From positions 360,001-392,000 of the forward strand of contig CP065004.1 of assembly GCA_016700135.1 (NCBI GenBank): a stretch of 32,000 nt of DNA. The letters run 5' to 3'. How positions within the stretch are numbered: position 1 is the first letter of the stretch; each line of letters begins with the position of its first letter. The position numbers and the translations under genes are program-made. This document shows, piece after piece, positions 14,330 to 22,795 of this stretch. The DNA is from Candidatus Saccharimonadota bacterium. Lineage in GTDB: Bacteria; Patescibacteriota; Microgenomatia; UBA1406; GWC2-37-13. Under the pieces are notes generated by a model. The model worked only from the letters and a program-made list of their open reading frames with translations, was not told the DNA's origin and did not search any database.

Positions 14330-14941
14330 CTACCTACAGTTCACCCAGGCTTTGTCACCTCCCCGGGACAGTTTGAAGGCTGTTGTTTCTATCGCTTCTT
14401 TTGCACCGAATCTGAGATCCGGATTTGTATCCGCTCCCATTTGAACCCGGGTTGCCTGCCAGGTCTCCACTGAGTACTGGAACATGCCGCCATACTCCCC
14501 GTTGTTTGCTCCAGGGTGACCGCCTGATTCACAGTATGCGATTTTTTTCATTACTTCCTTGTCCACTCCATACTGTCTGCTGTATTGGTCGAAATAGTTT
14601 TCAAAATCACTGGTCGGCATCGGAGTCGGGGTGGAAGTAGGAGTAGGACTCGGAGTATTGGTCGGGGTGGGAGTGTTGGTGGGAGTGAGTGTCGGTGAAG
14701 GAGTAAATGTCGGGGTAGGGGTTTGCGTAGGGGTAGGTGTCAGTGTCGGTATTATCACTACCCCGAGTACCTGACCGGTCGCCCTGACCCGATACGTCAC
14801 AAACAAAGATATGAAAAGCAGCGCGACTAGTGCCCATTTGTATTGTGAAAATAGGGAAACTGTTGCATCAGTCCGCCGCAGAGGACGCTTTCTGGTTGTG
14901 TGATACAAAGAATCTAAATACATACAAAAATAACAAAACAT
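14330..14941 (-). CDS. membrane-anchored Rpf-like transglycosylase-domain protein with a long Pro/Thr linker
   Basis: TM helix WALVALLFISLFVTY, a ~46-aa PT linker, then IAYCESGGHPGANNGEYGGMFQYSVETWQ, matching the resuscitation-promoting-factor type transglycosylase-like motif. The start is uncertain. The ATGs at 14941 and 14923 overlap the upstream gene by 74 and 56 nt. Confidence 0.7.
   Translation of the reverse strand: MFCYFCMYLDSLYHTTRKRPLRRTDATVSLFSQYKWALVALLFISLFVTYRVRATGQVLGVVIIPTLTPTPTQTPTPTFTPSPTLTPTNTPTPTNTPSPTPTSTPTPMPTSDFENYFDQYSRQYGVDKEVMKKIAYCESGGHPGANNGEYGGMFQYSVETWQATRVQMGADTNPDLRFGAKEAIETTAFKLSRGGDKAWVNCR
14612..14749 (-). repeat. low-complexity Pro/Thr linker-coding repeat
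   Basis: Encodes PTLTPTPTQTPTPTFTPSPTLTPTNTPTPTNTPSPTPTSTPTPMPT. The DNA is an imperfect (ggt/gg(a/g)gt)n-type repeat. Confidence 0.9.
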
Positions 14942-16184
14942 TGATTGCCGAAAGGATTATGACTATCGGATCTGATGATAGAGCCTGCACGATCGGCTCA
15001 ACTTTCGGAACCGACCAGCTTTTATATAAATTCAGAAAACTAATAAGTGAAAGTATACCCCATGCATACATAATGGAACGATATTTCACTGCCGGGACAA
15101 GAAGAAACGGCAGAATAAGTATAAGATACCGTTCATGCATTTTGGTTAAAAACAGGAATGACGCAAAAGCACAGAGTGAAAGTGCAATAAACAATGACAA
15201 CTTGCCCGAGCGGTTTTTCCAATATAAAACGGATAAGGCTAAGATAAACCCTCCGGCGATAATTGTCCCGACAGTCCCGTACGTAATACTGCCGATCAAT
15301 GAAGTCTCTGCCGGAACGAAAAACAATGGCGGATACAGGGCCCAGGCATTGTATGCGGCATTCGTTACCGCTCCGATACTCTGCGTATCAAGTATTCCTT
15401 CTTTGTAGAGAATAAACGGATACAGCGGGTCTCCCGGTTTCTGTGCCATCGGCTGAAATGCAAGCCAGAACAACAAAATACTTATCACAGCACCCTTCAA
15501 AGTTGTTTTCAAACCGTATCTTGAAAAAAATGAGATCATAAAAACCGGCAAAAAAACAAATACAGTAGGTTTAACAAGAACGGCAGCTGTCAGAATAACG
15601 AAACTCCAGTAAGGTTTCTTTACAAAAAAACTAAAATATACCGCCAGTGCCATAAGAAACAGCGGGATACTGTCAATCTGTCCGAAGAATGCGCTGTTGT
15701 AAAAGAAGGTCGGATGAAGAAGAATTAGGGACATGACCAGGACTTTCAGGTGTTTTCTTTTCGGATAAAGTTTTTCGGTGATCTGTGCTAAGATCCACGC
15801 AAGACCGAAATCGGAAAGGATCGCCGGGATTTTCATCAGACCTGCCTGAAAATGCAGACGCTCCATAAAAATCACAACGACAGAAGGAAATGCCGGAACG
15901 GTAAGATTGAGTTGCCAGAACGTCCCGAACAACCATTGATACAACGGATAAAACGGTGCAAACAATCCGATCGCAAGCGGCGGATAATTCGGGTATTCCG
16001 TACCATAAACGTCGATTGACCGCGTTTCATAAAACGCATAAAGCCCACGGTTCCATACGTCTTTTGCCCAGGAGATATGATTAAGCACATCAAAGCTGAA
16101 ATCGACAAACATAATACTGAGCCGGATGAAGATACCAAGAAGGATAATAACAAAAAAAGGAGACATCATTTTTTTCAGCGACAT
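14868..16184 (-). CDS. GT-C fold polyprenol-phosphate-sugar-dependent glycosyltransferase (DUF2029 / Gpi18-like mannosyltransferase type)
   Basis: 438 aa with ~11 TM helices. The first loop is FDVLNHISWAKDVW..YGTEYPNYPPLA, typical of this GT-C group. TATAAT lies 8 nt upstream of the ATG. Confidence 0.7.
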   Translation of the reverse strand: MSLKKMMSPFFVIILLGIFIRLSIMFVDFSFDVLNHISWAKDVWNRGLYAFYETRSIDVYGTEYPNYPPLAIGLFAPFYPLYQWLFGTFWQLNLTVPAFPSVVVIFMERLHFQAGLMKIPAILSDFGLAWILAQITEKLYPKRKHLKVLVMSLILLHPTFFYNSAFFGQIDSIPLFLMALAVYFSFFVKKPYWSFVILTAAVLVKPTVFVFLPVFMISFFSRYGLKTTLKGAVISILLFWLAFQPMAQKPGDPLYPFILYKEGILDTQSIGAVTNAAYNAWALYPPLFFVPAETSLIGSITYGTVGTIIAGGFILALSVLYWKNRSGKLSLFIALSLCAFASFLFLTKMHERYLILILPFLLVPAVKYRSIMYAWGILSLISFLNLYKSWSVPKVEPIVQALSSDPIVIILSAINVLLFLYVFRFFVSHNQKASSAAD

Positions 16185-16256
16185 ACTACTCTATTATATA
16201 CTGTCCAGACCGTACTTTTCAGGTATAATGTAAGAATCTACCAATCTTTTTCAGAC

Positions 16257-17705
16257 ATGAAGATAAAAAAAGAAATCGTTATACTGCTGGCAATCTTCTT
16301 AATCGGAGCTTTCTTACGGATATACAGAATGGATGAATTAGCGGTTTTTCTGGCAGATCAGGCTTCAGATTCTACAAAAGTATTTAATATTACCCATGGA
16401 GATTTGACGCTTCTCGGTCCGATTACTTCAGTCGGAGGATTTTACAACGGACCGATCGTCTACTATCTTATGGCTCCGTTCTTTTTTTTGATGAACAATC
16501 ATCCTCTTTCGGGAACGGTATTCCAGACGACTTTATCACTTCTGACAATCCCGCTGATATTTTTGATCGGGAAAAAGATAAAAAATACCGAGGTGGGACT
16601 TATTGCCGCTTTCTTGTTTGCAATTTCTCCGCTGATGGTAGAGTATTCCCGAGCCGCTTTCAATTCCTATCCGGCAGTTTTCTTCTCAACACTCATTCTC
16701 TATCTTTTTGTTACCATAGATGAACGGTTTCGGATGGTAAGATATGCTGTGCTTGGACTTTGTATCGGATGGATCATCCAAATGCACTATTTTACCTCCG
16801 TTTTTGTCGCCGTAGCTCTTGCTTTCCCATGGCTTACCTCAGTAAAAATTAAAAAAGTCCATTATTATCTTCTTCTTTTGGCCGGTTTTATCATCGGGAT
16901 TTCGCCGTTTTTACTTTTTGAAGTACGTCATGAATTTCTGAATATCAAACTGATGATTCGGTATTTCAGTGCCTCCCCCCTCCAGGAAAGAAGTCTCTTG
17001 CACGGACTGATCATTTGGCCCAAGATGATCGGATATCTGATATTCGGGAATAATATTGTGATGGGAGGATTGGGAATGATCAGCTTACCGATATACCTGT
17101 ATACAATCCTCAAAAAAAAGCCGCGACTGATTGAAAACCTTATTCCGATACTTCTTTTGTTCTTTTTTGTTTTTCTGGTCGGGATTGGTTACGGCAGATA
17201 TATGCAGTTGCATTACGTGATTTCATTTCACACTGCTTTTTTCCTGCTCTCAGCACTTGCTCTGTATTATGTTCTTAAAAAAAAGCTTTTTTTTATAACT
17301 GCAGTCGGAGCTCTTTTGATCCTTTTGAATATGCAGGCCTGGAACCTGCATCTTGACAAACATTATGATCAGGACGGTCTTAACATTGCCGACTTCAGGA
17401 CGGCGGCAGAGATTATCTCGAAAGATAACCCGATCGATTCATTCAATGTTGCCATGCATGCACAGGGGGACAACAGGGCGATGCCGCTTCGATATGCACT
17501 TCTACTTAAAGATATCCATCCTGAACCGTATGAGAATTATTCAAATATTGATCTTTTGTATTTTATCAGCCGTAAAGACGATCCTATTCAAAAACAGGTA
17601 ATGTGGGAATACACTGCTTTCGGCCCGTCAAGAGTCACTAAAAGCTGGGAAGTTAACGATCGCTATATGCTGTATCGGCTGGAAAAAATCACCATGCCAT
17701 TATAA
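16257..17705 (+). CDS. GT-C fold glycosyltransferase (ArnT/PMT family 39/83-like)
   Basis: Starts at MKIKKEIVILLAIFLIGAFLRIYRMDE. The 16077 extension runs into the divergent gene. Polytopic N-terminal domain plus a soluble C-terminal domain. TATAAT at 16224-16229. Confidence 0.75.
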   Translation: MKIKKEIVILLAIFLIGAFLRIYRMDELAVFLADQASDSTKVFNITHGDLTLLGPITSVGGFYNGPIVYYLMAPFFFLMNNHPLSGTVFQTTLSLLTIPLIFLIGKKIKNTEVGLIAAFLFAISPLMVEYSRAAFNSYPAVFFSTLILYLFVTIDERFRMVRYAVLGLCIGWIIQMHYFTSVFVAVALAFPWLTSVKIKKVHYYLLLLAGFIIGISPFLLFEVRHEFLNIKLMIRYFSASPLQERSLLHGLIIWPKMIGYLIFGNNIVMGGLGMISLPIYLYTILKKKPRLIENLIPILLLFFFVFLVGIGYGRYMQLHYVISFHTAFFLLSALALYYVLKKKLFFITAVGALLILLNMQAWNLHLDKHYDQDGLNIADFRTAAEIISKDNPIDSFNVAMHAQGDNRAMPLRYALLLKDIHPEPYENYSNIDLLYFISRKDDPIQKQVMWEYTAFGPSRVTKSWEVNDRYMLYRLEKITMPL

Positions 17706-17721
17706 TTTTAAAATTTTTCTT

Positions 17722-18033
17722 ATGAGTAAATTTATCGAATTTATTCGGGAACAGGGAGTCATCGGTCTTGCTATCGGATTTATCCTGGGAGGCGCGGTTA
17801 CGAAAGTTGTGACATCGCTGGTTGAGGATATTATTAACCCGGTAATCAGTATTATTGCCGGAGGAAGAACCGAAAGTCTGGCAACAGCTATACTGACTAT
17901 CGGCAAAGCGGAAGTTCATTACGGTCAGTTTATCGGCGTCCTTATCAATTTTGTTATCATCGCAGCCGTTGTGTACTACGTATTCAAAGGACTCGGCCTG
18001 GATAAGCTCGACAAAAAGAAAGAAAAGAAATAA
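17722..18033 (+). CDS. mscL: large-conductance mechanosensitive channel
   Basis: MSKFIEFIREQGVIGLAIGFILGGAVTKVVTSLVEDIINP....FINFVIIAAVVYYVFK is a near-textbook MscL sequence. Confidence 0.9.
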   Translation: MSKFIEFIREQGVIGLAIGFILGGAVTKVVTSLVEDIINPVISIIAGGRTESLATAILTIGKAEVHYGQFIGVLINFVIIAAVVYYVFKGLGLDKLDKKKEKK

Positions 18034-18035
18034 TG

Positions 18036-19805
18036 CTAGCTAAGCTCGTATTTCTCAAGCAGCTTTTTGTTTCCTTCAATCTGATATCTGAGAAGCTCAG
18101 AATAAACGCCCTTTCGCTTGGCAAGATCACCCGGTGCTCCTGAGTCAACAATTCTGCCCTGATCAAGGACCATAATGCGGTCTGCATTTTGTATTGTTGA
18201 AAAACGATGTGCGATGATAATAACCAATCGGTTTTTCATAAGTTTCTCGAGTGCTTCCTGTACCAGTCTTTCACTCTTGGCGTCAAGAGAACTGGTCGCC
18301 TCATCTAAAATGAGAATCGGAGCATCGGCAAGGATGGCACGGGCTATCTGGATACGTTGTTTCTGTCCTCCGGAAAGCCGTACTCCCCGTTCTCCGATCT
18401 CGGCATGGATCCCTTTCGGGAACTTCATCACGAAATCATATGCATTTGCTTTTTTCAAAGCAGAGATGACGTCCTTTTCCTTCGCGTCAGTCCTGCCGTA
18501 TGCCACGTTATCAAAAATCGTAGTTGAGAACAATTCGTTTTCCTGAAATACCAATGAGATATGGGATCTCACCTCCTGATGAGACATATCCTTGTAACTT
18601 GATTTTTCCATCAATATCTGCCCTTCCGTCGGCTCATAAAACTTTAGAATTAGATTGATAAGGGTCGTTTTCCCGGCTCCACTGTGACCGACCAATGCAA
18701 CCGTTTCTTTCCCGGGAAGGGTAAAGCTGACATCTTTTAGGACAAGACCACTTTCCGGATATTCAAAAGAAACATGGTCAAATGTGATTGAGGGGTGGTC
18801 AAATACCGGTTTTTTTATCTTATCCGACAATGTTTCCGTCGACTCAAGTTCAAGAACCTCAAAATATTCTTTTGAACCGGTCTCGGCCTGTTTCATCCGT
18901 TCAAGAATAAAGCTCATGGCAAAAAGAGGCCGTCTGATTTGATTAAGGTATTGAAGGATCAGTACCATTTCTCCTAAACTCAATACTCCGATAAATGTAT
19001 TCCGGAATACGATGATCGAAACAATAAACAGTCCGACTTCCAGCCCGAAGTTGCGGAAGAAGTTCAAAATGTGATACGTCAATGATTGTTTATCATAAAT
19101 CTTCACACTCTTCTCCATGTTATCCGATACAAAAGTCCATTCTTTTTTCTGTGTATTGTAGCTTTTGACAAGTCGGATATTTGTGATGACCTCCTGGATG
19201 CGGCCCCGTGTCACATCTTCAATCTGATTCTTCTTGATCTGGAACTCTCCCCATTTTTTCGTTGAAAAATGACTTACCAGGACATAGAACGGAAAGACCA
19301 GCATTGTAAAAAGCGCGATCGGCCAGCTGTAAAAAGCCAAAACTACGATAATAAAAATGCTTCTTAAGAATGCAGGAATAATGAAATTAGTAGCTGCTCC
19401 CAAGAAGTCCTGAAGAGAAACAATCCCTCGGGAAAGGAGACTCAGAATTTTTCCTGAAATCTGAGTATCGAAATATCGTTGAGGAAGCGTAAAAATTTTT
19501 CGATAGAATTTCTCCGTCAGAAACTTCCCCATCCGGGCGGTTGTATAGTCTCCGATCCTTTGATTGACCGCTTCAAAAAGTGCAGCAAGAGTACCCGATG
19601 CAACAAGAATGCCGATCAGAAAGTAAAGGCGGGAAATATCTCCCGTCCCGCTTGTTACCTGCATTTCAATCTGATCCACAATCAGTTTGAGGATATACGG
19701 GGACACAAGCTCAAGTGCCGTTGTCAGAATAATGATCAGGGCAATAACTAAGAAGTAGATATGATACGGCTTTGCGTATTTGATTACCTTGATAATGTTG
19801 TTCAT
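18036..19805 (-). CDS. ABC exporter, fused permease/ATPase (MsbA/MdlB-like type I exporter)
   Basis: Six-TM domain followed by Walker A GHSGAGKTT, the signature LSGGQKQR and Walker B ILILDEATS. TACAAT lies 6 nt upstream of the ATG. Confidence 0.92.
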   Translation of the reverse strand: MNNIIKVIKYAKPYHIYFLVIALIIILTTALELVSPYILKLIVDQIEMQVTSGTGDISRLYFLIGILVASGTLAALFEAVNQRIGDYTTARMGKFLTEKFYRKIFTLPQRYFDTQISGKILSLLSRGIVSLQDFLGAATNFIIPAFLRSIFIIVVLAFYSWPIALFTMLVFPFYVLVSHFSTKKWGEFQIKKNQIEDVTRGRIQEVITNIRLVKSYNTQKKEWTFVSDNMEKSVKIYDKQSLTYHILNFFRNFGLEVGLFIVSIIVFRNTFIGVLSLGEMVLILQYLNQIRRPLFAMSFILERMKQAETGSKEYFEVLELESTETLSDKIKKPVFDHPSITFDHVSFEYPESGLVLKDVSFTLPGKETVALVGHSGAGKTTLINLILKFYEPTEGQILMEKSSYKDMSHQEVRSHISLVFQENELFSTTIFDNVAYGRTDAKEKDVISALKKANAYDFVMKFPKGIHAEIGERGVRLSGGQKQRIQIARAILADAPILILDEATSSLDAKSERLVQEALEKLMKNRLVIIIAHRFSTIQNADRIMVLDQGRIVDSGAPGDLAKRKGVYSELLRYQIEGNKKLLEKYELS

Positions 19806-19863
19806 CTTCTTATTGTAGCATGAAGCCGGGTTTTTTCAGTTAAAAATAAGTTACAATGTGAGT
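19806..19863. promoter_or_regulatory. divergent promoter pair in a 52-58 bp intergenic region
   Basis: TACAAT (revcomp of 19812-19817) lies 6 nt before ATG 19805 on the minus strand. TACAAT (19852-19857) lies 6 nt before ATG 19864 on the plus strand. Confidence 0.5.
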
Positions 19864-21336
19864 ATGCAAAAGTGGGTTCTTCCGGCAACCGTCTTTATTT
19901 CAGGAATGCTTGTCATGATTCTGGAACTTATCGGGACAAGAATGATTGCACCTTATTTCGGTTCATCGTTGCATGTCTGGACTGCCATGATCGGTACCAT
20001 TCTCGGTTGTTTAAGTATCGGATATTTTATCGGGGGACGCATCGCAGACAAAAAGGCTTCATATGAACAACTCGGCTTCGTACTTCTGCTGAATGCGTTT
20101 GCCTGTCTTTTTCTTGTTTTTACAGCAAGATATATTCTGATTTTTCTCGCAAATACTATCGCATTTACATCCCTAGGGGCTCTTATTGCCACATTTCTCC
20201 TTTTCAGTATTCCCAGTATACTGTTCGGCGTTGTCTCTCCTTATGCCGCTAAATTGCAATTAAACTCACTTAAAAGTTCGGGAAGAACCGTTGGGAATTT
20301 GTATGCTCTCGGCACGATCGGAAGCATTACCGGGACGTTTCTGGCAGGTTACTATCTGCTTAGTGTTATGGGAAGTTTCCAGCTTATTTTTTTGATCAGT
20401 GTGGCATTGATGATAAATGCAGCAGTACTTCTGAAAAAAAACTATAGAGCTTTGATTGGGATGAGTATTATCTCCACCTTTTATTTCGGTTTTCTGTCAC
20501 CGACCAAGTATTACCAGATACCGTATGATACCCACGTTATGGCAGTCGAGCATACACCGTATAGTGATTACTTTATTCTGCAGTATGAAGATAATGGAGA
20601 TATTTTTCGTATGCTTATGACTGATTTTGCCGGGGTACAGTCTAAACATAAAATGGGACACAGGGACGAACTTGCAGCTGCATACTCCAGATTTTTCACA
20701 CTGCCTGCGTGCTACAACCTGAATAGTCGCGTTCTTCTCATAGGAGGAGGCGCCTTTACGTACCCCAATTATTACTCAAGTCAATTTCCGGACGGAGAAA
20801 TGGATGCTGTGGAAATCGATCCTGCGCTAACGAGTATTGCCCGGGAATACTTCGAACTTGCAGCCGATACTGAACAGGTGCGGATTATTAACGAAGACGG
20901 GCGGGTCTATCTGAATAGGAATACCAAAAAATATGATACCATCTTGGTCGATGCATATGCCAACTCCATACCTCCTTTTCAACTCACGACAAAAGAAGCA
21001 ATTGAAAAAATGTACGATTCGCTGGAAAAAAACGGTCTTCTCATCATGAATGTTCTGTCGGTCATAGATGATAAGAAACCCACACTTGTTGATGTAGAGA
21101 TGAAAACAGTACAAGAAGTGTTTGGGAATATAACCGTCTATCAGGTGATGAAAGATAAAGATTTTGAGGAGACACAAGGTTTTATTCTCGTTGCAGAAAA
21201 GGGTGATGTGAGATTGCAAAATACCTGCTTAGTGACAAATCAAGGTTTGCTGAACAATATCCTGCACTACCGACCGAAAGGACAGACTCCAATCTTTACC
21301 GATTCCTATGCGCCTGTCGAAAGCGTGATTTTTTAA
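19864..21336 (+). CDS. membrane-fused spermidine synthase-like aminopropyltransferase
   Basis: About 7 N-terminal TM helices, then a SpeE-like Rossmann domain (VLLIGGGAFTYP..AVEIDPALTSIAREYF..NEDGRVYL..YDTILVDAY). The ORF track starts at GTG 19858. I prefer ATG 19864 because of the -10 spacing. Confidence 0.8.
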   Translation: MQKWVLPATVFISGMLVMILELIGTRMIAPYFGSSLHVWTAMIGTILGCLSIGYFIGGRIADKKASYEQLGFVLLLNAFACLFLVFTARYILIFLANTIAFTSLGALIATFLLFSIPSILFGVVSPYAAKLQLNSLKSSGRTVGNLYALGTIGSITGTFLAGYYLLSVMGSFQLIFLISVALMINAAVLLKKNYRALIGMSIISTFYFGFLSPTKYYQIPYDTHVMAVEHTPYSDYFILQYEDNGDIFRMLMTDFAGVQSKHKMGHRDELAAAYSRFFTLPACYNLNSRVLLIGGGAFTYPNYYSSQFPDGEMDAVEIDPALTSIAREYFELAADTEQVRIINEDGRVYLNRNTKKYDTILVDAYANSIPPFQLTTKEAIEKMYDSLEKNGLLIMNVLSVIDDKKPTLVDVEMKTVQEVFGNITVYQVMKDKDFEETQGFILVAEKGDVRLQNTCLVTNQGLLNNILHYRPKGQTPIFTDSYAPVESVIF

Positions 21337-21372
21337 CCCACGAAAAAGGGCCCGCCGGTATGGGCAGGCCCC
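21336..21372 (-). terminator. rho-independent terminator, copy R1 of a duplicated terminator module
   Basis: Minus sense reads GGGCCTGCC-catacc-GGCGGGCCC followed by TTTTTCGTGGGT. The one imperfect pair is G-U in minus sense but C-A in plus sense, so the hairpin is better formed for the minus-strand gene. Confidence 0.8.
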
Positions 21373-21398
21373 GTTTCTTGCTTCAACATGCGACTGGG

Positions 21399-22244
21399 TC
21401 AATCCGTCGTGACGGACGGCAGATAGAGAAAAGTGTCCTCACTCTGGGCCGATTCTGCTGTGATGGTGACGCCGCCGTCTACAAGCTCCGTTTGCGTCGG
21501 AGCGTCGGTTACGAAACTCTCAATGCGAAGGTGGGAGGCTCCGACCTCCATACCTCGGAATCTGAGGAGCAAAAGCTCCCCATCAAGCAGGAACTTATCC
21601 GACCCGCCGCCGTAGAATACGAGTCGACCCTCCTTGACGAGGATGTCGTTGAGCGCAATGTCGGAACTACGAGGCAGAATCGATCCGCCTTCAAGATCCA
21701 GGAATTCGAGAGACTCCGAATCAAAGTGGACTTCGCCTGCGAAGAGCTTGGCTGAGACAGTCGACGAGACGGTGAGCGGGATCGTGATCTCATACGTCGT
21801 AGTGACGGTTGCAGTGGGCAGCGACACAGTGACGCCCGGAAGACCTTGCGGCCGCTCCGTCGTCAAGGTGAGCCGAAGTTCCTTCATATTGCCCCACCAT
21901 TCTCCGATGATGGGGTCGCTGAAAAAGAATTTGCCGCCTACGAAAAACTCGACGCCGGGGTCGAACCGTCCTGATTGGTACACAGTCATGAGAGGGATGA
22001 CGCCGTACTGCAGCGTCTCCCCGCAGCCCACGACGTATCCTGAATCGTCGACTGCGATGACTTCCAAGCCTTCCGGGACCGGTACTCCGTTGTCGTAGGC
22101 ACGCCCGTAGACGTACCCCCGAATCGAACCACCCATGATTGCCGGGCAATCCGATTCCTCCTCTCCCTGTGCGTTTACCACCCCGAAAAGACCGAGGGCA
22201 GCGATAGCGATAAGAAGAGCTCCGAACCACTTTCTTGTTTTCAC
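21399..22244 (-). CDS. secreted protein with a C-terminal cohesin-like beta-sandwich domain
   Basis: GTG start with signal peptide MKTRKWFGALLIAIAALGLFGVVNAQ. The C-terminal half (ITIPLTVSSTVSAKLFAGEVHFDSESLEFLDLEGG...LLLLRFRGMEVGASHLRIES) fits the cohesin pattern. High GC. Confidence 0.65.
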   Translation of the reverse strand: MKTRKWFGALLIAIAALGLFGVVNAQGEEESDCPAIMGGSIRGYVYGRAYDNGVPVPEGLEVIAVDDSGYVVGCGETLQYGVIPLMTVYQSGRFDPGVEFFVGGKFFFSDPIIGEWWGNMKELRLTLTTERPQGLPGVTVSLPTATVTTTYEITIPLTVSSTVSAKLFAGEVHFDSESLEFLDLEGGSILPRSSDIALNDILVKEGRLVFYGGGSDKFLLDGELLLLRFRGMEVGASHLRIESFVTDAPTQTELVDGGVTITAESAQSEDTFLYLPSVTTD

Positions 22245-22249
22245 GATAG

Positions 22250-22256
22250 CCTCCTT
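22250..22256 (-). promoter_or_regulatory. Shine-Dalgarno AAGGAGG
   Basis: CCTCCTT on the plus strand, 5 nt from the GTG start (22242-22244). Confidence 0.7.
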
Positions 22257-22310
22257 AGCTAGTGAACGTTATGACCCGCCGATTGCGGAACTCTGAAGAT
22301 AACACTATTT

Positions 22311-22376
22311 GTCATCCTGAACTTGATTCAGGATCCATGGATTTGTACTGGATTCCCGATCATAGTCGGGAATGAC
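22311..22376. repeat. REP/MITE-like nested palindrome (two inverted hairpin units)
   Basis: The plus strand has GTCATCCTGAAC-ttga-TTCAGGATCCA. The minus strand has GTCATTCCCGAC-tatg-ATCGGGAATCCA. The two units are arranged head to head around ttgtac. Confidence 0.6.
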
Positions 22377-22637
22377 ATGAGTCTCAACTTCTCCTCAAAA
22401 TACCGCAATCAGCTTTAATCGCATGTTATTAAAGTGCTCCAACTTTGCATATATAGGCATAGCTGGACAAGCAAGTCTACAGGATGGGATTCGTTCTTTT
22501 TGCCACTACACGATACAATGCTTATATGTATGGTAATAACAAGATGAAGAATACATCGTAAGTAGGAATTGTGAGTTCAATAATACACCCGATAAGACCG
22601 GAAATCAAGACTATAGGACTTTATGGCATACGATTTC

Positions 22638-22673
22638 ACCCACGAAAAAGGGCCCGCTGTTTAAGGCGAGCCC
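22638..22673 (-). terminator. rho-independent terminator, copy R2 of the duplicated module
   Basis: Minus sense reads GGGCTCGC-cttaaaca-GCGGGCCC followed by TTTTTCGTGGGT. The first 20 nt on the plus strand (ACCCACGAAAAAGGGCCCGC) are identical to R1. Confidence 0.8.
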
Positions 22674-22795
22674 TGTTTTCTTGCTGTTACAACTTGTGGA
22701 GTTCCGTGTTGAACGGAACTAGTGATTGAGTGCTTTTATGCGGTCACTCAGCCCGCTCCCATCTTCTTTGATGAGATTATTCAGTTTTCAGACAA

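Noticed and set aside
14612-14749. Possibility that the short DNA repeats here are a CRISPR array or VNTR-type element
   Set aside because: The periodicity is codon-level (Pro/Thr linker) inside an intact ORF. There are no spacers or constant repeats of CRISPR size.
14830-15408. 192-aa plus-strand ORF
   Set aside because: It is antisense to the 438-aa polytopic GT-C gene and has no start signals. Its composition is not protein-like next to the clear membrane protein on the other strand.
16077-16256. N-terminal 60-codon extension of the GT-C gene as given in the ORF track
   Set aside because: The extension overlaps the divergent gene's start region by >100 nt and encodes a highly charged non-membrane peptide. 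ATG 16257 gives a normal MKIKKE + TM start downstream of a TATAAT.
21402-21431. LPSVT near the C-terminus of the 281-aa protein as a sortase LPxTG signal
   Set aside because: There is no Gly at position 5, no following hydrophobic helix and no basic tail. I kept only the weaker shared-motif observation.
21360-22230. Overlapping ORFs 21360-21755(+), 21634-22098(+), 21509-21793(-) and 21790-22230(-) around the 281-aa island gene
   Set aside because: The reason is the same high-GC artefact. Only the 21399-22244 minus frame has an SD, a signal peptide and a terminator.
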